Positions 27,016 through 35,539 of a stretch of 64,000 nt of DNA are shown here, in pieces (position 1 is the first letter of the stretch; the number at the start of each line of letters is the position of its first letter). The DNA comes from an uncultured Gammaproteobacteria bacterium (GTDB lineage: Bacteria > Patescibacteriota > Microgenomatia > Levybacterales > UBA12049): the NCBI GenBank assembly GCA_964507055.1, contig CAZDOJ010000001.1:465313-529312 (forward strand). The letters are read 5' to 3'. Under the pieces are notes generated by a model, which was given only the letters and a program-made list of their open reading frames with translations, did no database searches and was not told the origin of the DNA. A program made the position numbers and the translations under genes.

Positions 27016-27723
27016 TTATATGCCAGACACACCAAGTGCAGAACCAACAAGTGCTGTGACAATCATAGCAAGTGCACCGCCAATGACGACACGTGTTGTA
27101 GCACGCATTGGATTTGCTCCACTGACCTTTGCACTGATTGTTCCAGTGAGAACAAGTGCAAGTAAAACAGCAATAAATGTCACAGAAACCTTCATGTCAC
27201 TAGGTGGAGTCAAAACTGCAATCAATGGAATCATTGCTCCAGCAGTAAAGGCAGCAGCCGATGCAATTGCTGCATGCCATGGATTTGTGAGATTCTCAGG
27301 GTCAATACCAAATTCTACATCGGCATGCGCTGCAAAAGCATCTTTCTCAGATAATTCTTTTGCAACTGTATGTGCTGTTTGTTTGCTTAATCCTTTTTGT
27401 TCATAAATCTTTGCAAGTTCTTCAAGCTCACGTTCAGGATTTTTCTGTAACGCTCGACGTTCTTCGTCTAAGAGAGCTTTTTCTGTATCTCTGGAACTAC
27501 TGACTGAAACATATTCTCCTGCAGCCATTGAAATTGCTCCAGCAATGATACCAGCCATACCGGCCGTGAATATTATTTCATGTGAAGCAGTAGCACTTGC
27601 AACTCCCACAACTAAACCTGCAATTGAAACAATACCATCATTTGCACCGAGAACAGCTGCACGAAGCCAATTGAGTTTTGCTGAATGATTGGAGATAAGC
27701 TTTTCTTCAGAGGATGGATTCAT
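27016..27723 (-). CDS. VIT1/CCC1-family iron/manganese transporter
   Basis: 235 aa (..LRAAVLGANDGIVSIAGLV.. with a C-terminal TM cluster). Confidence 0.8.
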   Translation of the reverse strand: MNPSSEEKLISNHSAKLNWLRAAVLGANDGIVSIAGLVVGVASATASHEIIFTAGMAGIIAGAISMAAGEYVSVSSSRDTEKALLDEERRALQKNPERELEELAKIYEQKGLSKQTAHTVAKELSEKDAFAAHADVEFGIDPENLTNPWHAAIASAAAFTAGAMIPLIAVLTPPSDMKVSVTFIAVLLALVLTGTISAKVSGANPMRATTRVVIGGALAMIVTALVGSALGVSGI

Positions 27724-27746
27724 ACCATTTAGTATAGCATGGAAAG

Positions 27747-28757
27747 TTATTGTTTAATTTCTACAATATTCTGGCCGGCACCAGTAAGCAGCTTTTGGAT
27801 ATTCTCAATAGTGACATCAAGAATTTGATGAACTGACTCTGTACTATTAAACCCATTGTGGGAAGTATAGAGCACATCATCGCGGCTGATAAGCATATGG
27901 TCCATAAGTTGGGTTTTGATGTCGCAGGATTTGAAGAATTCCTCAGTAAGCAATTCTCTTTCTTCTTTCAATCCACATTCCTCTTCGAGAACATCAAGTC
28001 CAGCACCTCGTAAAATGCCACTTTCCAAACCTAAAAGAATTGCTTGTGTTTCAACCAATGGACCACGTGCGGTATTTATCAAGACACTCCCCTTTTTAAA
28101 TTTTTGAATATTTTCTTGATTAACAATATGATGGGTTTCAGGTGTATGCGGTACGTGAAGTGTCACAATATCAGAATTTGCAAATAATTCATCAAGACTT
28201 ACAGCTTTTATGCCTTCTTTGCCAGCTACTTCCTCCGGATGACGAGTATAAAGAAGTACATTCATTTCAAAAGCTCTTGCCAATCGAACAACTTTATCAC
28301 CAATCTTACCCGCACCGACAACACCAATGGTTTTGCCAGCTAAATCAAACCCCGTAAGGTCATGCAGATCAAAGTCACCTCTTTTGGCTCGATTCACTGT
28401 TCTCACAATCTTACGACTTAGGGCAAGGATTAAAGCAAATGTATGCTCGGCAACGGTATGAGCTCCATATGTTGGAACATTTACCACGGTTATATTCTTT
28501 TCTTTACAATAATTAAGGTCTATATGATCGTAGCCAGTTGATCTTGTAGCTATCACTTTAAGGTTTGGAAATTTTGAGAGAACCTCAGCCGTCATTTGTG
28601 AATAGATGAATGTCGAAATTATCGTGGATTTTAGGATATTCTCTTCTGAGGCTTCATGTCCTTTGCCTGAGGAGAAATATAAAGTGTCTTGAGGAAATGC
28701 TTTGGTGATATATTCTTTTTCCCAATCTTCTGTTTCAAAAAATGTAATTGTTTCCAC
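27747..28757 (-). CDS. D-isomer-specific 2-hydroxyacid dehydrogenase
   Basis: 336 aa with GVVGAGKIGDKV NAD-binding. GTG start 6 nt after TGTACAAT. Confidence 0.85.
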   Translation of the reverse strand: METITFFETEDWEKEYITKAFPQDTLYFSSGKGHEASEENILKSTIISTFIYSQMTAEVLSKFPNLKVIATRSTGYDHIDLNYCKEKNITVVNVPTYGAHTVAEHTFALILALSRKIVRTVNRAKRGDFDLHDLTGFDLAGKTIGVVGAGKIGDKVVRLARAFEMNVLLYTRHPEEVAGKEGIKAVSLDELFANSDIVTLHVPHTPETHHIVNQENIQKFKKGSVLINTARGPLVETQAILLGLESGILRGAGLDVLEEECGLKEERELLTEEFFKSCDIKTQLMDHMLISRDDVLYTSHNGFNSTESVHQILDVTIENIQKLLTGAGQNIVEIKQ

Positions 28758-28889
28758 CTAATTATTGTACACCCATTGTTGAGATGATACAATCAGATTT
28801 TCGTTTTGCCTATGGATATGGGATAAATGTCTTACTAAGTTCTTACTGATTATTTATCGAAAATAATAAGAACATTAAGTATTATATAT

Positions 28890-29052
28890 CTAATCATCCC
28901 AAAACGAAGGAGGGCGTAGTAGTCAGGAGCTCTAGCGAAACAAAATCCAACGTAGCGGGATGATTGTTATATCTATTTCTTCATAATAGATCAATAAACT
29001 ATTTATTTCAGTAAGCTATATTACAACTCTTGCATAGAGTTGTTTTTTGTTT
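28890..29052 (+). ncRNA. Candidate small structured RNA ending in an orphan intrinsic terminator
   Basis: 9-10 bp long-range stem (ATCATCCC / GGGATGAT) enclosing about 56 nt, then hairpin ACAACTCT-TGCAT-AGAGTTGT plus TTTTT at 29023-29048. No plus-strand CDS lies upstream. The next promoter (TTGACA-17-TATTAT at 29071-29099) is downstream of the terminator. Confidence 0.25.
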
Positions 29053-29115
29053 TAATTTTTAGTCCTATAGTTGACATCTGTGCGTAAATTTGTTATTATT
29101 TATGCACGAAAAATT

Positions 29116-30357
29116 ATGGTCATTTCAAATCTGACATACTCAAATACTGCAAAAACAGCTACATTATCAGCTGATATTAATTTTCGCGGTAAAAAAGCAG
29201 AACGAGCATATATCACCACCGATAAAAAGTATGAGCGATTTATCGTAAAAGACTATACTTCCTTCTTGGCTGCTGTACTCCTCCCTTGTATGAAAACAGG
29301 TGAGAATATTTATGTCGACGGTCCAGTTTCAGAACAATTCCTCGCAAACACCAACGAAATCATGAAACTCCTTATCAAATGGCAAGTTGGGCTTTCTCGC
29401 ATTAAAATCCGTGTGAAAGAAACAACAGTCGATACTTTCAAACCACGATACACAGGAAGTTTCTTCACTGCGGGAGTTGATTCATTTTATACATACTTAA
29501 GAAATAAAAATAAGAAAACGACAAAGATATCGCATCTCATTATCGTCCATGGATTTGATGTACCACTTTCGAATAAACCTTTCTTTAATAAAGTAAAAAC
29601 CACAGTTGAAAAAGTAGCTGCAGAAGAAAAAGTGCACGCAGTGGTCCTTGAGACAAACTTAGGCGAGATTATTGAGAAGCGATTAGTTTGGGATTTTGCA
29701 CATGGTGGAGCACTCGCAGCTGTAGCACTTTTCCTAAGAAAGCAGATGAAAAATATGCTTATCCCGGGAGCTGTTAGAAACGATCAACTTTTCCCATATG
29801 GAACCCATCCAGAATTGGATGTACTTTGGTCCACTGAAACGCTAAAGGTTAAAAGTGATGGTGGAGAACATGACAGAATGGGCAAAGTAACAAGTCTTGT
29901 GAGTAAGTCTCCTTTAGCACTTAAGTATTTGCGTGTGTGTACACAAAATCTTGAAGGTAAATATAATTGTTCACGATGTTATAAATGTTTGATGACAATG
30001 ATCTATCTGGCGGGATCAAATGCATTATCTCAATCAAAAACTTTTGAGAGGAAAATCAATATTGAGGCTGTACGAAGGATGTACTATGACTACAAACTGA
30101 AGTATAATATACAAGGCGAGCAAGCACTTGCACTTCTCAAACAAAAGAAGATAAGCCCTGCATTGCAGGAGGCAATTGCTTACAGTCTCGAAAAGAGTAA
30201 AAAGCCGCAACTTGTAAAAAGAGTTTACCAAACCGTTGCTGCTTTTGATCAAAAATATAATAACCGACGTTTGTATCAATTTGTTTTCAAAATGAATGAT
30301 AAAAACGATCGCAATTTTATTTTTAAATTTTTATTTAAGAAAGGAATTTTAAAATGA
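29116..30357 (+). CDS. QueC-like PP-loop ATP pyrophosphatase with N- and C-terminal extensions, function unknown
   Basis: PP-loop-like FTAGVDSF. About 165 aa later, a Cys cluster C-x10-C-x2-C-x2-C (RVCTQNLEGKYNCSRCYKC), matching the spacing of the QueC zinc site. Start moved to MVISNL because a promoter lies inside the longer ORF. Confidence 0.45.
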   Translation: MVISNLTYSNTAKTATLSADINFRGKKAERAYITTDKKYERFIVKDYTSFLAAVLLPCMKTGENIYVDGPVSEQFLANTNEIMKLLIKWQVGLSRIKIRVKETTVDTFKPRYTGSFFTAGVDSFYTYLRNKNKKTTKISHLIIVHGFDVPLSNKPFFNKVKTTVEKVAAEEKVHAVVLETNLGEIIEKRLVWDFAHGGALAAVALFLRKQMKNMLIPGAVRNDQLFPYGTHPELDVLWSTETLKVKSDGGEHDRMGKVTSLVSKSPLALKYLRVCTQNLEGKYNCSRCYKCLMTMIYLAGSNALSQSKTFERKINIEAVRRMYYDYKLKYNIQGEQALALLKQKKISPALQEAIAYSLEKSKKPQLVKRVYQTVAAFDQKYNNRRLYQFVFKMNDKNDRNFIFKFLFKKGILK

Positions 30358-30896
30358 CACCTGAATTAATAGCGATACTTACACTTGGAATTATCATTAT
30401 CAAAGTAATTTGGATTCGTACAGAAATTAAATTCTCCAAAGAGCGAATTAACTTTGACATGATCAAAACAAATTTTGTTGAAGCAGCAATTCTTGCTCTC
30501 CAAATTCTTGCAGCAGTATTCATGCCAATTCCCCAAACACCATTCTCTTTCCTTATCACGTGGGCTGGTGTAGCAATGTATGTTGGCGGTTTCGTCCTTG
30601 CTCTTTGGGCAAGAAAAGTTATGAGCAAATCATGGGGCGTTCCTGGAGAACATCATAAAAAACAGGACAAACTTGTGACGGATGGACCTTTTGGTTTTTC
30701 AAGAAATCCAATTTATCTTGCATTCATGATGCTTTATTTTGGTTTTGCAATTGCCATCCAAAGCTGGCTTATCATTTTGAGAATCCCACTTGCTATTTAT
30801 TTCTACAAATCAGCAATCCGTGAGGAAAAGAACCTTGAAAAGATATTTGGAAAAGAATACACAGACTACAAAAAAAGAGTCCCAAGATTCATCTAA
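30354..30896 (+). CDS. ICMT/PEMT-family membrane carboxyl/phospholipid methyltransferase
   Basis: 180 aa, multi-TM, with the motif TDGPFGFSRNPIYLAF. ATGA overlap with the QueC-like gene. Confidence 0.7.
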   Translation: MTPELIAILTLGIIIIKVIWIRTEIKFSKERINFDMIKTNFVEAAILALQILAAVFMPIPQTPFSFLITWAGVAMYVGGFVLALWARKVMSKSWGVPGEHHKKQDKLVTDGPFGFSRNPIYLAFMMLYFGFAIAIQSWLIILRIPLAIYFYKSAIREEKNLEKIFGKEYTDYKKRVPRFI

Positions 30897-31034
30897 TCTC
30901 TCCTATAAATTTTTCCTACAGTTCGACAATCAGCACACAGCGTTAAGAAAATCTTTGGAATGAAACTGATTTTTAGCGAAGTACTGCCTGTCGAAGAGCT
31001 TTGGTCCTTTGTCGGCACAAAGTACAAGAAAAAC

Positions 31035-32369
31035 TTATTTCTTCCCTAATTTTTGAACAGCAATAAGTGGCAAAGCCAACGCATACAGTGCAGCATCCAA
31101 CCCAATCTTTTTAGACCTCTTTAATTGTCTTTGGTACAATGCATATGCCTCATGATATTCTAAGTCGCCATGTGCAATAAGAACATATAAAGGCGGTTGC
31201 CAGTACTTTGGGAAAAGCATGTGGAGTAATGTATCAGCTTTATCTTTCAAAACAAAAAACGGTGACCGACTCTTATCACGAAGTTCGATGAAATTCTCTT
31301 TCGCCAGATCCGCCATCAGGTCAGTATTTCGCTTGCGATTTTCCTGATACAAAGGAAATACTTTCTTTAAATCACCATCAAACTTGTCATATAATTCCGT
31401 AAACTTTAAACAATCATCAAATGCTGCACACATCCCCTGTCCATAAAAAGGAATAAAAGCATGAGCTGCATCACCAACCAAAAAGACAAAATCTTCATCA
31501 TGCCATGTAGGATTATGCAAAGTAACAAAAGTTCCAGTTTTTCTCTTTAAAAAGGCATCTGTAATTTCAGAAAGTAATGGCAGGAGATCAGGAAAATCAG
31601 ATTTTACAAACTTTTCAATCTTTTCAGGTGTAGTGAGTTGTGCAAAACTCTTTTCGCCTTCAAGTTGGAGATTGAACATCAGTGTGAAAGAATCGTCTGG
31701 ATTTGGGAAAGCAATTAAAAGCGAATCTGGTCTTGGCCATGTGTGAGTCGCACGAAGTCGGAGTTTCATTTCTTCGGTTAACTTTGGAGAAATATGTACT
31801 TCCTTATATCCCCAATCTTCAAATTCTTTTTCTCCATGATCCTTTTTATCTGATGATACATAAGATCTAATGACAGAATTAACCCCATCCGCTCCGATAA
31901 CTAAATCTGTTTTGACAGTAGTCTCTTTTTCGGAAGTTTTCTCCAAACGAATTTCTTTCTTCGTACTATCAACTGCTACACACTTTGTATTAAAGTGAAA
32001 TGTAATTTCAGGATATTTCTCAGCAGCAGATATAAGTGCACCATTTAATCTATTTCTATGAACTGTGTAAAGGATTTCATTTCCTCTTGCATCGAAAGAG
32101 TCATACACATTTTTTGTTTCGTAATGAGCGACATTCCCTTCGGCGATGATTGCAACATTTTTTGCGTCATCCCATATACCAATTTGTTTCATCGCTTCAA
32201 TTCCACGATAGTACAATGTTAAATTGAATGAACGACCAGAATCATAATTCTCTTCTCGAACATCAGGGCGATATTCATACACATCCACCTCATAATTCCT
32301 TTTGGCAAGACAGATCGCCATAAAACATCCCGCCATCCCAGCTCCAATAATTGAAACCTTTTTCTTCAT
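31035..32369 (-). CDS. FAD-dependent aromatic-ring monooxygenase, kynurenine 3-monooxygenase-like
   Basis: VSIIGAGMAGC (GxGxxG), DGVNSVIR, GDAAHAFIPFYGQGMCAAFDD. Confidence 0.75.
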   Translation of the reverse strand: MKKKVSIIGAGMAGCFMAICLAKRNYEVDVYEYRPDVREENYDSGRSFNLTLYYRGIEAMKQIGIWDDAKNVAIIAEGNVAHYETKNVYDSFDARGNEILYTVHRNRLNGALISAAEKYPEITFHFNTKCVAVDSTKKEIRLEKTSEKETTVKTDLVIGADGVNSVIRSYVSSDKKDHGEKEFEDWGYKEVHISPKLTEEMKLRLRATHTWPRPDSLLIAFPNPDDSFTLMFNLQLEGEKSFAQLTTPEKIEKFVKSDFPDLLPLLSEITDAFLKRKTGTFVTLHNPTWHDEDFVFLVGDAAHAFIPFYGQGMCAAFDDCLKFTELYDKFDGDLKKVFPLYQENRKRNTDLMADLAKENFIELRDKSRSPFFVLKDKADTLLHMLFPKYWQPPLYVLIAHGDLEYHEAYALYQRQLKRSKKIGLDAALYALALPLIAVQKLGKK

Positions 32370-32472
32370 GAATCTATTTTATCATAGAACTGTATTCAAA
32401 CTTCTCATAAATGCTCAAATAAAACTCAACAATTCTTATACATTTGTTACAAGAATTTCTTATAATATAAGT

Positions 32473-33147
32473 ATGTTTCCGCTTTCAGATTCTATAAAAG
32501 CCAAAAGTTTTCCCTTTTTAAATTACCTTATTATTGGTATAACAATTTATGTTTTTATTCAACAGCTTATTGCCTCGGATCCTGAAGCATTTATCACTCA
32601 GTATGCATTGATTCCAACAGATGTTAATTTCAATGATTATCGAACACTATTACCTTTTGTAACATCAATTTTTCTCCATGGAGGGATTTTGCATATTCTC
32701 TCAAATATGTGGTTCCTTTTTGTTTTTGGAGATAACGTCAATGATCGATTGTCACCTATTGGATTTTTATTACTTTATTTAACAGCTGGTATTGTTGGTG
32801 GTTTGGCACAGTATGCATTTATGACAACTGAATCAATTCCTATGCTTGGAGCTTCTGGTGCTGTCGCGGGAATACTTGGTTGTTATGCCGTACTCTTTCC
32901 TCATGCAAAGATAAAGACACTCATCTTTATTGTATTTTTTGTAACATTTGTTGATATAAGTGCATTGCTCATGTTAGGTTATTGGTTTATTTTGCAATTG
33001 GCTTCGGGCGTTGGCTCTCTGGGTGATATGGGAAGTGGCGAAGGTGGAGTCGCGTATATTGCTCATATTGCAGGCTTCATCGTCGGTTTGATTTGGGGAT
33101 TTGCAAATAAAAATCGCGGAGAGGAGGCAAGAATTATTCATGAATGA
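32473..33147 (+). CDS. Rhomboid-family intramembrane serine protease
   Basis: GASGAVAGILG (GxSG) and AHIAGF (His). Start moved to MFPLSDS, 6 nt after TATAAT. Confidence 0.8.
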   Translation: MFPLSDSIKAKSFPFLNYLIIGITIYVFIQQLIASDPEAFITQYALIPTDVNFNDYRTLLPFVTSIFLHGGILHILSNMWFLFVFGDNVNDRLSPIGFLLLYLTAGIVGGLAQYAFMTTESIPMLGASGAVAGILGCYAVLFPHAKIKTLIFIVFFVTFVDISALLMLGYWFILQLASGVGSLGDMGSGEGGVAYIAHIAGFIVGLIWGFANKNRGEEARIIHE

Positions 33148-33358
33148 AAGTATGGGTAAGATGCTCATTATCATTGGCATCGTTATTATAATAGTAGGAA
33201 TTCTTTTTGTGGCATTACCCAAGCTTACTTCTTTACCAAAACTTCCTGGCGATATTTATATTAAGAAAGATAATTTCACATTTTATTTCCCTTGGGTTAG
33301 CTCACTCATCATTAGTGGAATTCTTTCCCTCATCTTTTATCTTTTCTTCAGAAAATAA
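33140..33358 (+). CDS. Small two-TM membrane protein (DUF2905-like)
   Basis: Overlaps the rhomboid stop (ATGAATGA). Hydrophobic IIIGIVIIIVGILF. Confidence 0.4.
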   Translation: MNESMGKMLIIIGIVIIIVGILFVALPKLTSLPKLPGDIYIKKDNFTFYFPWVSSLIISGILSLIFYLFFRK

Positions 33359-33415
33359 ACCTAGCAAACCTCAAAACTTGCACTGTATAATTAAATTAGT
33401 ATAATAGGTAAGTTT

Positions 33416-34240
33416 ATGGCACTTAATCCTGAAACACAACATCATGAAAGAAGAGACAAACAAAAAACAAGAGCTCTTGTAGTCTACAATAAATTAGAAG
33501 TAGTTAATTCTCATTCATCTCCAAACGATCAATGGCTCGGTTTAGCAAGGACCGCTGTAGGCGAAGGCTATGTTCCCTATTACCATAAGTATATCCGTAC
33601 AGAACGTGAGAAACGTACAAAAGGAAAGACAGTGAGTGCTGAATTAATTGGTAAATATGCTAGTGAAGCGTCGCATTTAATGTACGATGACTCTTATGGA
33701 CAAGGCGGTAGGTCAGAAACGATATGTGTTTTTGACAAAAGTGAAGTAAATGGAAAACATCTTGCAGGGACTGGTCGGTTAGTCTTTGGAGAAGAATATC
33801 CAACAGAAGTTATGCGTCCACTAGAGCTTATAGAACTTGTAGAACCTCGCATTGGATGGGATGAAGTACTTCAAGGAAAGCCTTTAAGTAAAGTTGCTGA
33901 ACTTGGAAGAATCGTTGTCCCAAAACAATATAGAGGAATCATTGAAAAAGATGGCGAAAAAAAAGACCAGACACAGCTAATAGCACATAGTCTTATTGAT
34001 GGTCAAAACGGAGTTGTTGAAGTAGCTCAGGATCACGACAGAGAAATAGTATTAATGGTCGCACAACGAAAGTTTGCAAGACATGCAGAAGGTACGCAAC
34101 TTGACTTTGGTGAGGGAATACCGATAGAATTACTCCCTGCAGCGAAAAGAGTTGTTAAAAAAATATTCCCTGGATACTGGAAGGATGAGGTTGATCCACC
34201 CAAACTATACGTTGCCCAAGTCCCGCCTAAAGTAGCATAA
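33416..34240 (+). CDS. Hypothetical protein, possibly an acyltransferase of the autoinducer-synthase / N-acyl-amino-acid-synthase GNAT-like fold
   Basis: 274 aa. ELGRIVVPKQYRG resembles the E-L-S-R-F-A-V block. Leaderless-type promoter TTGCAC..TATAAT upstream. 2-nt gap to the E1-like gene. Confidence 0.35.
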   Translation: MALNPETQHHERRDKQKTRALVVYNKLEVVNSHSSPNDQWLGLARTAVGEGYVPYYHKYIRTEREKRTKGKTVSAELIGKYASEASHLMYDDSYGQGGRSETICVFDKSEVNGKHLAGTGRLVFGEEYPTEVMRPLELIELVEPRIGWDEVLQGKPLSKVAELGRIVVPKQYRGIIEKDGEKKDQTQLIAHSLIDGQNGVVEVAQDHDREIVLMVAQRKFARHAEGTQLDFGEGIPIELLPAAKRVVKKIFPGYWKDEVDPPKLYVAQVPPKVA

Positions 34241-34242
34241 TT

Positions 34243-35493
34243 ATGGAAAGACCACGACATTTACATTTAGTAGGACGCCCATCAGAAAGATATATTGCTG
34301 CACGTGAAACTGATAGAGGTCGAGAGACAGAAGTACCCCAAGTTAAAATTTATAATCCAAATGTTGAAGAAGATCGTAGAGGTCTTATGCATTCGATTCT
34401 TACACTCCCTGAGAGAACACAGAGAAGACCATGGAAAGCAGATGTAAATGATCCGGAAGCCGTTTTTAATGAAGCTGTTGAGGAAGGAGTTTTCATTGAT
34501 AGATTTCCTGAATATCTTGAGGATAAAGCGAAGAGAAAGAAAGGAAAAGCACACTTTGATAAATATATTGGTCAGGACCCAGAACATCCTAAAGAATCAT
34601 ATCTTATGAACCGTTATAAAAGTTTTAATGATACTTGGGAAAATTCTCGAGTTGTTGAGTTTACTTGGGAAGAAGGAATAAAGCGTTATGAGAGAATTCC
34701 TGTTGAAGAAGAATATCATTGGCTCGTACATTTAAGTGATTCTATAATTATTCCGGACGAAGCACGAGAAGCACTCCCTAAAAAAAGAATTGCGTTTGCC
34801 GGTGCAGGTGTTGGAAGTTCACTTATCGAGGGTGCCGTACGTGCAGGTGCAAAAAACATTACTGTCGCAGATGGTGGAGCAATACTCTATCATGACTTAA
34901 ATCGCTTACAAGCACCCGATATTACAACTGTGGGAGATAATCATGCAGCGGATGCAATTAAAAAAGCTTATAAAGCAAATCCATATATAGATGCACAATG
35001 TTATACACAAAATATTACCCCTGATGGGAAAAATGGGACTGTTTCAATTGATACATTCCTTAATGGATCAGATATTGTTTTTGAGGAGATCGATAATCTT
35101 CAAATGAAGATATTGATTCGTGAAGCAGCACTTGCCCGTGGCATTCCAGTCATTATGGCAACCGATGTTGGTATGGGAACGATTATTGATTATCAACATC
35201 TTAAACCTGGTGACTCAACTGATTTGATTTTCCCTGGTCTAACTCGTGATGAATACAATAGAATTAAAAGTGGGGAGAGATTAACCTTTGAAGAGTCTAC
35301 AGATTTTGCAGTAAAGATGGTTGGTGAAGAAGTAAGTTATTGGAGAGATGGTGTGGAAAATGGATTACATTTCTGGTCTCAGACGGGAGCATCAGCAGAT
35401 GCTTCCAAATCCAAAGCTGCTCATACTTTGGCAAAATGGTCTATGGGCCAAGAAATCCCTCCAAGACAAGTATACCTTGAACCTGCAGCATAG
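34243..35493 (+). CDS. E1-like (ThiF/MoeB/UBA-type) adenylyltransferase with a novel charged N-terminal domain of about 180 aa
   Basis: RIAFAGAGVGSSLIEGAVRAGAKNITVADGGAILYHDLNRLQ (GxGxxG ... NLNRQ-like), then ..SDIVFEEIDNL..IPVIMATDVGMGTII.. No CxxC zinc motif. Confidence 0.65.
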   Translation: MERPRHLHLVGRPSERYIAARETDRGRETEVPQVKIYNPNVEEDRRGLMHSILTLPERTQRRPWKADVNDPEAVFNEAVEEGVFIDRFPEYLEDKAKRKKGKAHFDKYIGQDPEHPKESYLMNRYKSFNDTWENSRVVEFTWEEGIKRYERIPVEEEYHWLVHLSDSIIIPDEAREALPKKRIAFAGAGVGSSLIEGAVRAGAKNITVADGGAILYHDLNRLQAPDITTVGDNHAADAIKKAYKANPYIDAQCYTQNITPDGKNGTVSIDTFLNGSDIVFEEIDNLQMKILIREAALARGIPVIMATDVGMGTIIDYQHLKPGDSTDLIFPGLTRDEYNRIKSGERLTFEESTDFAVKMVGEEVSYWRDGVENGLHFWSQTGASADASKSKAAHTLAKWSMGQEIPPRQVYLEPAA

Positions 35494-35539
35494 TTAGCCA
35501 CTTGCATTTTCGTTAAAAATTCACTAAGCTCTGCATACA

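Noticed and set aside
28880-29070. preQ1 or yybP-ykoY riboswitch in front of the QueC-like gene or the VIT operon
   Set aside because: There is no match to the preQ1-I consensus or the GGGGAGUAG core of yybP-ykoY. The terminator is plus-strand-specific but lies upstream of the QueC-like promoter, not between the promoter and the start. I kept it as an independent sRNA candidate instead.
33416-34240. Reading the 274-aa protein as an E2-like conjugating enzyme partnering the E1-like protein
   Set aside because: Only a single Cys in an ICVFD context is present. There is no HPN-like motif, no Ubl and no JAB gene nearby. The acyltransferase-like reading is at least as plausible, so the function is left open.
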